Origin: Candidatus Latescibacterota bacterium
GTDB taxonomy: Bacteria > Latescibacterota > UBA2968 > GCA-2709665
Assembly (NCBI GenBank): GCA_965219455.1
Contig: OZ244744.1
Span: 5,248,001 to 5,312,000 of the forward strand
Reading direction: 5' to 3'
Length of the DNA stretch: 64,000 bases
The notes under the pieces are model-generated. The model made no database searches. It had not been told where the DNA came from and was given only the letters and a program-made list of their open reading frames with translations. Position numbers and translations under genes: made by a program. Shown here in pieces: positions 20,601 to 29,605 of the stretch (position 1 is its first letter; every line of letters begins with the position of its first letter).

Positions 20601-21401
20601 ATGCAGAAGTTACTTGTTTTCGTGGCACTTGCTTTGGCGGGGTCGGCTTCGGCCGGGGAAATGACCGATGGATTGACCATTACGGGAGGTCATAATTCCT
20701 TCGCTCGGCTGATGCTGGAGCGGGCGGACGCTCCGGATACAGACCAGGGTGTCCTGAAATTGCGCGTTTCGCTCGAACAAGCCAAGAACCTGAAGGGGTA
20801 CGGATTCTCGCTGATCTACGATCCGGCCAAATACGAATTTCTCGAAGCCAGGGAGGTCGACGGCAGTTTACTCTCGGCCAGATCTGAGCAGAATACGCTA
20901 TTCCTGTCATCCAACCGAACGCCCGGAAAACTGGATATCGGCGCCATGAACGTCGACGGTCAGGGCGCCAGCGGCGATGGGGATCTTGTCGAGCTTGTCT
21001 TCAAGGCCACCGAAACCCCGCGGGCAACGGATTTTCAGATTGCGGAAGGCGTTCTGGTCGGGCTCGATGGAAACATCGACCTGCTCACTCAAATTGAAAT
21101 CGGGAATCTGAAGCCGCTGCCCGACCGAACGGCACTGAGCCAGAATATGCCGAATCCCTTCAACCCCTCCACAATGATCGAGTATCAAATTGCGGAGGCC
21201 GGGCAGGTCAGGCTGGCCATCTACAATCTCCTTGGCCAGGAGGTTCGGGTACTGGAGGATGCGCGCACGGAAGCGGGCCACTATACAGCAAACTGGGATG
21301 GCAAGGACCACCTGGGACGGCAGGTCGCCAGCGGGATCTATCTGTATCGGCTGCAGTCCGCCAATTTCTCGGCAACCAAGCGAATGATGCTGTTGAAATA
21401 G
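20601..21401 (+). CDS. secreted cohesin-like domain protein with C-terminal FlgD Ig-like (T9SS CTD-like) domain
   Basis: Signal peptide; GYGFSLIYDP and GDGDLVELVF cohesin-like motifs; LSQNMPNPFNPST...WDGKD..GRQVASGIYLY...KRMMLLK. Confidence 0.85.
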   Translation: MQKLLVFVALALAGSASAGEMTDGLTITGGHNSFARLMLERADAPDTDQGVLKLRVSLEQAKNLKGYGFSLIYDPAKYEFLEAREVDGSLLSARSEQNTLFLSSNRTPGKLDIGAMNVDGQGASGDGDLVELVFKATETPRATDFQIAEGVLVGLDGNIDLLTQIEIGNLKPLPDRTALSQNMPNPFNPSTMIEYQIAEAGQVRLAIYNLLGQEVRVLEDARTEAGHYTANWDGKDHLGRQVASGIYLYRLQSANFSATKRMMLLK

Positions 21402-21630
21402 CGTTATTGGTTTGACGCTGCAATGTTAAGGTCGTCTCTGAGCCGGAGGCGGCCTTTCTTGTTCTGCGGCAGTCCAGACGTTCGCCGATCGTGAACGCGC
21501 CACGGACGGGATGATTCCGCATGTTGACCCGCCTCTGCTCGATCTGTGGAAGGCCTCTGACCCGCATTCGCCGTTTTTCTGCTTGACGCCTGATTACTTC
21601 TGCCATCTTGAAGAATGAGCTGAGGTCCTT

Positions 21631-23253
21631 ATGAATGTGACAAGGATGCGAGATATTTGCAGTTCCGCGTTCGTGGTCATGTTGCCGTGGCTTCCGGTTC
21701 CCGGTGCGGACGTTTCAGGAAGTGAGGCCGGGCGGTTACGTGCGGGCGATGCCGAGAATCGCGTAAAGGTTGAGCTGTTTGTGATGGCGCACTGTCCTTA
21801 CGGGATGCGGGCGCAAGCCGCGCTCGCACCCATGCTAGGGGCATTTGGCGACGGCATTGATTTCAGGCTGCATTTCATCGCTCAGGAGGCTGGAAAGGGC
21901 CCCGCGCCCTCAGTCCCGCTCCCACCGCGCCAGAGCCAGCGTGAATCCTGCGATTCCGGCATGGTATTCGGAACGGGCCGATTCCTGAGTCTTCACGGCG
22001 ACGCCGAGGTGGAGGAGGGAATCCGGCAGGTCGTCATGATGCAGTTGTTTCCCGACCGATATTATGACTATATTTTGTATAGAAATGAAGACATCGACTC
22101 CCCAAATTGGCAGGCCAGCGCGCGGAGAGCAGGAATTGAACCGGAACGGGTGCAGGCGGTAGCCTCCGGCGCCGACGGAGAGGCACTTTTTCGCGATAAT
22201 ATCCTGCGGGCGAATCATCTGGGGATCCAGGCGTCGCCGACCCTGTTCGTCAACGACGTGGAAGTGAAAGGTGGAATCGAAACGCAGGGTCTGGCGCGCC
22301 GCATCTGCGGGCTGGATAGTCTGGCCGGACCCTGCGCGTCGGTTCCGGTTTGCGGGAACGATCAGGACTGTCTGTCAACGGGCCGCGTCGGTGTGTGTGT
22401 TAACGCCGGCAAGCCCTCTGCGGTTTGCAGATTCAGCGATCCGGTTGTCTTCAAGATGACTGTTTTGAACGATACCGAATGCGACCTGTGTGACCCGGGG
22501 CTGTTTGTTCGTTCTACTCGAGAGTTGTTCCCGGGCGTGGATGTCCGAACACTGAACGTACATTCCCTGCAGGGCAGAAGATTGGCGGACCGGTTTCAGA
22601 TCGACCGTGTGCCGGCGTTTATACTCGACTCCGATTTTTCCGGGACGGCCCGGTTTCAGCGAATTGCGCAGGCCGTGTATCCAATGAGCGGCAGTTACTT
22701 GCCACGGCCCGCGCTCCTGCCCTTCTCGCGGCTGATGGGCCGGCAGGCCGTTCCGGGTCGTATGGACTTTTTCTTTTCGGGAGTGTCGCCACTGACGGTG
22801 CGAATTGCCGGGGATCTGCTGTCCTGGCTGGATGCCGTTGATGCCCTGGAACGTCTGCACCTCCATCCGATGGGGCAGGATGAAAACGCTCTATCCAGCT
22901 TGTGTGTTCGAAAAATCTATCCGCAGCGATACGTCGCCTATATGATGTGCCTGTTCGGGAGTGCTTCGAAACGCGGGGTCAAGGGATCCAATGCCGCCTG
23001 TCTGAAGCCGCAGGCGATGGACGTCGAACGCATAAGGGCCTGCGCCGCCGACGAAGGCGCGGCGCTGGTTTCCCGGTCTCGGGTTGCGGCGGCAAGAGCA
23101 GGTATCGATCGGTCAATGAATCCGTCGTTGTTGCTCGACGGTCGATTCGTCGTCACGAGCAGGATGCTGCCTCAGGCTCGGGATTTGTTCTACCGGTTGA
23201 ACCCGGAGCTTCTGCAACTAGATAAGACATATATGGAGAATAAAAGAAAGTGA
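21631..23253 (+). CDS. Cys-rich multi-thioredoxin-fold protein (GILT/DsbA-like N-domain)
   Basis: VELFVMAHCPYG, SLHGDAEVEE, ASPTLFVN; Cys-rich linker; second domain CDLC and RVPAF; degenerate third domain. Confidence 0.65.
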   Translation: MNVTRMRDICSSAFVVMLPWLPVPGADVSGSEAGRLRAGDAENRVKVELFVMAHCPYGMRAQAALAPMLGAFGDGIDFRLHFIAQEAGKGPAPSVPLPPRQSQRESCDSGMVFGTGRFLSLHGDAEVEEGIRQVVMMQLFPDRYYDYILYRNEDIDSPNWQASARRAGIEPERVQAVASGADGEALFRDNILRANHLGIQASPTLFVNDVEVKGGIETQGLARRICGLDSLAGPCASVPVCGNDQDCLSTGRVGVCVNAGKPSAVCRFSDPVVFKMTVLNDTECDLCDPGLFVRSTRELFPGVDVRTLNVHSLQGRRLADRFQIDRVPAFILDSDFSGTARFQRIAQAVYPMSGSYLPRPALLPFSRLMGRQAVPGRMDFFFSGVSPLTVRIAGDLLSWLDAVDALERLHLHPMGQDENALSSLCVRKIYPQRYVAYMMCLFGSASKRGVKGSNAACLKPQAMDVERIRACAADEGAALVSRSRVAAARAGIDRSMNPSLLLDGRFVVTSRMLPQARDLFYRLNPELLQLDKTYMENKRK

Positions 23254-23274
23254 TTCCCCTGGAGGCCGTAGACC

Positions 23275-24018
23275 ATGTCTCGCTTACGCGGCGCCGCGTT
23301 GCCGGCGCTATGGTTGGCGCTTTGCGCAGGATGTAGTGCGGATTCGACAGACGGGCAAAGGATGTCGGCGGATGAGGAGGCGCGATTTCTCATTATGCGC
23401 AAAAGGATGGTAAGAATACAGATCGAGCGCCGCGGAATCAAGGAGCGGCGCGTGCTGGATGCATTGCTGGGGGTGCCGCGCCACCTGTTTGTACCCGCGC
23501 ACCTCAAAGAGCGGGCGTACGACGACGGCGCGCTGCCTATTGGCGAAGACCAGACGATATCGCAGCCGTATATTGTGGCGAAAATGACTGAATTGCTGGC
23601 CCTGAAAGGCGACGAGAGAGTGCTCGAGGTTGGAACCGGCTCGGGCTATCAGGCGGCCGTTCTGGCAAGGCTCGTGCGTGAGGTGTATACCATTGAAATC
23701 GTGCCGTCGCTCGCTCTACAGGCCGAAGAACGACTCAAACGAATGGGATACGACAACATCAGCGTACGCCTCGGAGACGGGTACCGGGGTTGGAAGGAAC
23801 ATGCCCCGTTCGACGCAGTCATCGTGACAGCGGCGCCCGACCATATTCCGACGAAGCTTGTTGAACAGCTTCGGGAAGGCGGGCGCATGGTGATACCTGT
23901 CGGCAACGTCAATCAATACCTGACGCTGCTTGTTAAGGAAAAGGATGGCGTGAGGGAAGAACAGGTCATCCCCGTCCGGTTTGTACCGATGACGGGAGAG
24001 GCACAGGCGCAGGAATGA
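23275..24018 (+). CDS. pcm: protein-L-isoaspartate O-methyltransferase with N-terminal lipoprotein-like signal
   Basis: VPRHLFV, QTISQPY, VLEVGTGSGYQAA, APFDAVIVTAA, VRFVPM; GGAGG SD. Confidence 0.93.
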   Translation: MSRLRGAALPALWLALCAGCSADSTDGQRMSADEEARFLIMRKRMVRIQIERRGIKERRVLDALLGVPRHLFVPAHLKERAYDDGALPIGEDQTISQPYIVAKMTELLALKGDERVLEVGTGSGYQAAVLARLVREVYTIEIVPSLALQAEERLKRMGYDNISVRLGDGYRGWKEHAPFDAVIVTAAPDHIPTKLVEQLREGGRMVIPVGNVNQYLTLLVKEKDGVREEQVIPVRFVPMTGEAQAQE

Positions 24019-24203
24019 GGAGGGCACTTCTTGATTACAATCTGGGGTATAGGAATTTCGCTGGTTTTCCTGCTTTGTTATCTTGGCCAGTCCATTTCTT
24101 CAGGTATGGAGGGACGACGTGCGAAACTGCTTCAATGGGCATGCTGGGTGGTGGCAAGTACCACGATGCTATCCTGCTATTTGCTAACGCGTTCGATTAC
24201 GCA

Positions 24204-24752
24204 ATGACCTATCGGGAGGTAAAACGGCACCTGGACAAACCGGACGCCGTTTTTGTTTGCGAGCCCGTCGTGCAGACGCCGGGTTGCGTGGTGCTCAAAT
24301 ATGTCAACACACGGCCCGGTCGGGTGGGCGAAATGGCGTTTGAAACCGGGTCCGTTACGTACGGATACTATCGGCACGGGGCCGGGTACGTATTGTGGAA
24401 AATGTACGATCCGGACGGCCGGCTACGGGGCCATCTCTTTCACATCTGCAAGAACCTGAAGGTGGGCGATCAGTGCGTCAATTTCCTCGACCTGATGCTG
24501 GACCTCTGGTTCGATTCAGCGGGTCGGCTTTCGGTTCTTGATCGGGATGAACTGGAAACCTACGAGAGGCGTGGTGTGCTCGGCAGGCAGGATATGAAAT
24601 GGATCGCGATGCAGGAGCGCACAATTGTCGCTCGCGTGGACGAGATTCTGGCGGACTTTGATGACATTCTTGCTCAGGTGTCGTGTTCTGTCCCGGAAAT
24701 AGATTGCCTGATTTCGGCCGCCGAGCGAAGCCAACGCAGTGAGACGGGATGA
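24204..24752 (+). CDS. DUF402-like domain protein
   Basis: FLDLMLDLW...VLDRDEL motif resembling DUF402; start uncertain (ORF is open from 24015). Confidence 0.65.
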   Translation: MTYREVKRHLDKPDAVFVCEPVVQTPGCVVLKYVNTRPGRVGEMAFETGSVTYGYYRHGAGYVLWKMYDPDGRLRGHLFHICKNLKVGDQCVNFLDLMLDLWFDSAGRLSVLDRDELETYERRGVLGRQDMKWIAMQERTIVARVDEILADFDDILAQVSCSVPEIDCLISAAERSQRSETG

Positions 24753-24801
24753 ATCGGCGGATGAATGGTTACATATTTCCGGGACGGGACAGTAGGTCCG
24801 A

Positions 24802-25698
24802 TCAGCGACGGCGCGATTTCTCGACGTCCGAAAACAGGGATTGACAGGTTGTCTTCAGGTATTCCAGGAAGGAATCACCAATGGCGGGGTGTTCCAGGGC
24901 AAATGCAACGGTTGTTCTCAGATACGAGAGCAGGTCGCCAACCGTGTGCCAATCCCCTTCAACTGCGCACGCGTACACGGGTCGAGATTGAATCATCAGC
25001 TGAATGGCGTCGGTGAGTTGGTACTCGCCATTTTCCACGGGGGTAATTCGATCCAGAAATTCGAAGATATCGGGTTCGAAGATATACCGACCGAGGCAAG
25101 CAAGATTTGAGGGTGCCTGCGCCGGGTCGGGTTTTTCCACCAGGCCCTTCACGAGATATGCCCCGTTGATGGATTCGGCTTGGATCACGCCGTAGCTGCC
25201 GACAAGTTCGGTGGCCACCTCTTTAACCGCCAGAATCGACGCGCCGAATTTGCCGTATTGATCCATCAGTTGCCCGATGCACGGACGTTCGGACACCACC
25301 AGGTCGTCTCCGAATAACACTGCAAATGGTTCGTCACCGACGTGCTTGCGGGCCCTGAGGACGGCGTGACCCGTACCAAGAAGCTCTCTCTGTCGGAGAA
25401 AGTGGATGTCGGCGAGTTGCTCGATGCGTTCAAGGGTTGCGAGCATCGAGCGGTCTTCCCGCTTTGCCAGGGCGTTGTGAAGTTCGACATTGCGGTCGAA
25501 GTGGTCTTCTATGGCCCGTTTGCCTCTGCCCGTGATTATCAGAATGTCTTCGATGCCGGCTTCTACAAGTTCTTCGATGACGTACTGTATGGCCGGTTTG
25601 TCTGCGACAGGCATCATTTCTTTGGGCAGGGCTTTGGTGGCCGGCAACATCCGGCTTCCGTGCCCGGCCGCCGCGATCACCGCCTTGCGAATCTTCAA
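24802..25698 (-). CDS. galU: UTP--glucose-1-phosphate uridylyltransferase
   Basis: KAVIAAAGHGSRMLPATKALPKEM, GRGKRAIEDHFD, LVEKP, GEYQLTDA; GGAGG before a TTG start. Confidence 0.93.
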   Translation of the reverse strand: MKIRKAVIAAAGHGSRMLPATKALPKEMMPVADKPAIQYVIEELVEAGIEDILIITGRGKRAIEDHFDRNVELHNALAKREDRSMLATLERIEQLADIHFLRQRELLGTGHAVLRARKHVGDEPFAVLFGDDLVVSERPCIGQLMDQYGKFGASILAVKEVATELVGSYGVIQAESINGAYLVKGLVEKPDPAQAPSNLACLGRYIFEPDIFEFLDRITPVENGEYQLTDAIQLMIQSRPVYACAVEGDWHTVGDLLSYLRTTVAFALEHPAIGDSFLEYLKTTCQSLFSDVEKSRRR

Positions 25699-25828
25699 AG
25701 ACAACCTCCGTCGTGGTGAGGCAAATGAGTAAGTTCTTAACATATATCGGTTTAAATAAGGAATGTTGTTGCGTTTTTGTCAAGTGGATTTTGTCTCTCG
25801 CACCGCCTGAGTCTGGCCTGCAAACCGC

Positions 25829-25857
25829 TTGACATTGGGCGCACAATGGGTTATTTT
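25829..25857 (+). promoter_or_regulatory. sigma70 promoter for the purN region
   Basis: TTGACA-N17-TATTTT. Confidence 0.55.
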
Positions 25858-25999
25858 GAGTTGGCCAAGTCACTTGTCTCTCAGTCCCGTCGCCATTCTT
25901 TGCGACGGGTGCCTTCCCCCTTTTTCTACGTCTTCCCCGCCGAATATCCTGCTGCAAAGTGCGCCATCGGAATGAAATCCCTTGTCGGATTGTGCAATA

Positions 26000-26644
26000 A
26001 TGAACCTGTCTGGACCGAAGGCTGTCTACTGCCTGGGCGTACTGGCCTCGGGAGGGGGAACCAATCTGCAGGCGATACTCGACCGGAGCGCTTCGGGTCG
26101 GCTGCCGGCGCGTGTGGGCGTTGTGATCGGCAACAATAGCCGATCGGGCGCTCTGGCCCGCGCACGCCTGGCTGGCATTCCCGCATTCCACCTGAGCGGT
26201 GTGACGCACCCGCGACCCGGCGCCCTCGACCGGGCAATCGCGGAAACGCTCAGGTCCCACGGCATCGACCTGGTGGTTCTGGCGGGTTATTTGAAGAAAC
26301 TTGGCCCCGTGACGCTCGAGAGCTATAAAGACCGGATCGTCAACATACACCCCGCGCTCCTTCCCGCATTCGGTGGCAAGGGGATGTACGGGCACCGTGT
26401 CCACGAAGCCGTCGTCCGGAGTGGCGTCGGGGTCTCCGGTGCGACCGTGCATCTCGTGGATGGGGAATACGACACCGGTCCGGTTATTTTGCAGCGAAGG
26501 GTTCGCGTTGCGCCCGAAGATTCGCCCGATTCCCTCGCACGCAAGGTACTGGCCGTGGAGTACGAGTTGTATGCCGAAGCAATCGGTTTGTTCGCGGAAG
26601 GCAAAATACACGTCCAGGGCCGGGAGGTCCGAATTTTAAACTGA
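26000..26644 (+). CDS. purN: phosphoribosylglycinamide formyltransferase
   Basis: ASGGGTNLQAI, LAGY, NIHPALLP, SGATVHLVD, YDTGP. Confidence 0.93.
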   Translation: MNLSGPKAVYCLGVLASGGGTNLQAILDRSASGRLPARVGVVIGNNSRSGALARARLAGIPAFHLSGVTHPRPGALDRAIAETLRSHGIDLVVLAGYLKKLGPVTLESYKDRIVNIHPALLPAFGGKGMYGHRVHEAVVRSGVGVSGATVHLVDGEYDTGPVILQRRVRVAPEDSPDSLARKVLAVEYELYAEAIGLFAEGKIHVQGREVRILN

Positions 26645-26784
26645 ATTTCTGTCCCGGAAACAGTATTGGCGAAATTCGGCCGGCGAGTTGCCCGGCTCGC
26701 AAGGGAAAGCAGCGAGACGGAATGGACCGGCGGAAGGATGGTGACATATTTTCGGGACAGGAAACTTGAGGAGGTTGTGCGTCC

Positions 26785-27663
26785 ATGGCAATGGCGTTGA
26801 CGGAGACGAGGTTGGATGGCGTGCCCCTGTTCGCCAGGGGTAAGGTCCGCGATGTCTACGATTTGGGAGATCGAATTTTGATTGTGGCGACGGATCGAAT
26901 CTCGGCATTTGATTGTGTCGCGCCCAACGGCATACCGGGAAAGGGCGCTATTTTGACAGAGATGTCACTCTTCTGGTTCGAGAAACTCGCACATCTGGCC
27001 GCCCATCATCTGATTACGGCGAACGTAGACGAATATCCTTCTGAGTTGCAGGCTTATCGGGAACAGCTCGAATCGAGATCGATGCTGGTGATGAAGGCTG
27101 ACCGGGTGGATATCGAGTGTGTCGCACGGGGATATCTTGCCGGATCCGGATGGAAGGATTACACAGAAACCGGCGCCGTATGCGGGGTGCAGCTGCCCGA
27201 CGGGCTCGAGGAGTCCGGTCGGCTGGACCGGCCGATCTTTACGCCGGCCACGAAAGCCGTAACCGGCCACGACGAAAACATCTCGTTCGATCAGATGTGC
27301 AACGTCGTGGAGCCGGGCCTTGCGTCCCGGTTGCGGGATTTAACGCTGGAGATCTACGCCGCCGCCCGTACGTTCGCCGAGGGCAAGGGCATTATAATAG
27401 CCGATACCAAGTTCGAATTCGGCCTTCGGGACGGTGAAGTGATCCTGATCGACGAGATTCTTTCCCCAGATTCTTCCCGCTTCTGGGACCGGGAACTCTA
27501 TGCGCCGGGCCGATCGCAGGACAGTTTCGACAAGCAGTTTGTCCGCGATTATCTGGAGACCCTCGATTGGGACAAAACCCCGCCCGCCCCGGAGTTGCCA
27601 GACGAGATTGTCGATAAAACCCTGGACAAGTATCGCGACGTTCGAGATCGATTGCTTGGCTAA
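26785..27663 (+). CDS. purC: SAICAR synthetase
   Basis: GKVRDVY, TDRISAFD, RGYLAGSGW, ADTKFEFG, PDSSRFW, DKQFVRD. Confidence 0.96.
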   Translation: MAMALTETRLDGVPLFARGKVRDVYDLGDRILIVATDRISAFDCVAPNGIPGKGAILTEMSLFWFEKLAHLAAHHLITANVDEYPSELQAYREQLESRSMLVMKADRVDIECVARGYLAGSGWKDYTETGAVCGVQLPDGLEESGRLDRPIFTPATKAVTGHDENISFDQMCNVVEPGLASRLRDLTLEIYAAARTFAEGKGIIIADTKFEFGLRDGEVILIDEILSPDSSRFWDRELYAPGRSQDSFDKQFVRDYLETLDWDKTPPAPELPDEIVDKTLDKYRDVRDRLLG

Positions 27664-27684
27664 CCCGTTAGGAACTGAATCTCT

Positions 27685-28728
27685 ATGGCATTTTTTCTTT
27701 CCAGACTGCTGTCCAAGGACATTTCCAGACTGCTGTCCAACGACATTGGTATTGATCTGGGTACGGCCAATACCCTGGTTTATGTCAAAGGACAGAATAT
27801 CGTGGTAGATGAGCCTTCGGTGGTGGCGCTGGATCGCAATTCCCACGAACCGCTGGCCATCGGTTCTCACGCCAAGCAGATGATGGGGCGCCAGAACCCG
27901 GATATTGAGGTGATACGTCCACTTCGAAACGGAGTAATTGCCGATTTCGATGTGACCGAAGAGATGCTTCGGCATTTCATCCGAAAGGTGCAAAAAAACA
28001 GGCTTCTCGTACGCCCGCGAATCGTGATATGCGTGCCTTCGGGGGTGACCGCCGTCGAAATGCGCGCCGTCCGGGAGTCCGCGGAGCGTGCGGGCGCCCG
28101 TGAGGTGTATATCATCAAGGAACCCATGGCGGCAGCCATAGGGATCGGCCTGCCCGTGGAAGAGGCAGTGGGGTCCATGGTGATTGACATCGGAGGCGGT
28201 ACCACCGAAATCGCGGTGATTGCCCTGTCGGGCATCGTGACCTCGAGGTCGATCAAAATAGCGGGAGATGGGATGAACCAGGCAATTATCACGATGCTCA
28301 GACGCAAGCACAATCTTCTGGTAGGAGAACGGAGCGCGGAGCAGATCAAATGTGAAATCGGTTCTGCCGGGAAACTGGATAGCGAATTCCAGCATCCTTG
28401 CCGCGGTTTGGATACGGTCAGCTTTATCCCGAAAACCATTATCGTCGATTCGGTCGAAATTCGGGAGGCTCTCAATGGGACGGTGAATTCCATTCTGGAA
28501 GCGGTGCGGCAGACCCTGGAGCATACACCGCCTGAGCTCGCTGCCGATATTCTCGATCGTGGCATCATTATGACGGGTGGCGGTGCATTGCTGCGCGGGT
28601 TGGACCACAGGCTGATGGAGGAAACCGGCTTGCCGGTGATCGTGGCAGACGACCCGCTCACCTGTGTTGTCCGCGGCACCGGGCGCGTTCTTGAAAATAT
28701 CGACCAGTATCAGAAGTTGCTATTGTAA
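27685..28728 (+). CDS. mreB: rod shape-determining protein MreB
   Basis: IGIDLGTAN, EPSVVA, EPMAAAIG, DIGGGTTE, TPPELAADI, TGGGALL. Confidence 0.97.
   Translation: MAFFLSRLLSKDISRLLSNDIGIDLGTANTLVYVKGQNIVVDEPSVVALDRNSHEPLAIGSHAKQMMGRQNPDIEVIRPLRNGVIADFDVTEEMLRHFIRKVQKNRLLVRPRIVICVPSGVTAVEMRAVRESAERAGAREVYIIKEPMAAAIGIGLPVEEAVGSMVIDIGGGTTEIAVIALSGIVTSRSIKIAGDGMNQAIITMLRRKHNLLVGERSAEQIKCEIGSAGKLDSEFQHPCRGLDTVSFIPKTIIVDSVEIREALNGTVNSILEAVRQTLEHTPPELAADILDRGIIMTGGGALLRGLDHRLMEETGLPVIVADDPLTCVVRGTGRVLENIDQYQKLLL
27698..27745 (+). repeat. 24-bp tandem duplication in the mreB 5' end
   Basis: TTTCCAGACTGCTGTCCAAGGACA followed by TTTCCAGACTGCTGTCCAACGACA (1 mismatch). Confidence 0.9.
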
Positions 28729-28750
28729 TCGATAATGGTTTGGATGACCG

Positions 28751-29560
28751 ATGCAACGGCTGCTTGGCTTTATACATGGACACCGGGCTCTTGTCGTGTT
28801 GGGCGTGGCCATCTTTGTTTCTCTGAGTCTCATGGCGCTCAGCCAATCTGATGCGTTGGAATTGGCAAGAGGCATCGCCACCGGGCTTATGAAAGCCGGA
28901 CACGGATTGTTCTCATGGCCCATGGAACTCTCCAGGATGCGCCATGAAAATCATATCTTGCGGGAACAGAATCTGCGGATCTCGCTCGAGTTGCTGGAAC
29001 TCCGTGAAGCGCGGATGGAGAATCTTCGACTTCGCGAGTTACTCGACTTTCGAACGAAGGCCGAAGGCACCTATCTGGTGGCAAAGGTGATTGCCCGGGA
29101 TCCGAATCGCGTACTGAACACGGTACTCCTGGATTTGGGTGCGGCGGCCGGGGTGGCGAAACGCATGCCGGTGGTAACCGCGGAGGGGCTCGTCGGACGT
29201 GTACTTGAAGTTCACCCCCGGACCTCCGTGGTTCAGTTGTTGCTGGATCGCAATTGCAGAGTGAGCGCGATCGTGCAGCGTAGCGAACGGACGTCAGGAA
29301 TTGTAACGTGCGAAAACGGCAGCTTTTTCTTGAGGCATGTGTCAGTACGAAGCGAGGTGTCCGAGGGCGATAGGATTATTTCCTCGGGCCTGGGCGGTGT
29401 GTTTCCCAGGGGTCTCTTCATTGGCACGGTAACCCGTGTGGGCGAACCCGATCAGGCGCTCTTCAGGGAAGTTCAGCTGATACCCGGCGTCGATTTTTTC
29501 AATCTGGAGGAGGTCTTCGTACTCAAGCCCGCGGCAGCCAATAATGGCAATGAGGGTTGA
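28751..29560 (+). CDS. mreC: rod shape-determining protein MreC
   Basis: N-terminal TM, coiled coil ENLRLRELL, GLVGRV, SSGLGGVFPRGLFIG; follows mreB. Confidence 0.93.
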   Translation: MQRLLGFIHGHRALVVLGVAIFVSLSLMALSQSDALELARGIATGLMKAGHGLFSWPMELSRMRHENHILREQNLRISLELLELREARMENLRLRELLDFRTKAEGTYLVAKVIARDPNRVLNTVLLDLGAAAGVAKRMPVVTAEGLVGRVLEVHPRTSVVQLLLDRNCRVSAIVQRSERTSGIVTCENGSFFLRHVSVRSEVSEGDRIISSGLGGVFPRGLFIGTVTRVGEPDQALFREVQLIPGVDFFNLEEVFVLKPAAANNGNEG

Positions 29561-29605
29561 GCGCGTCGGGCACGGCTCGGCAACCGGCGCGCCGCTTTCC
29601 CCTTG

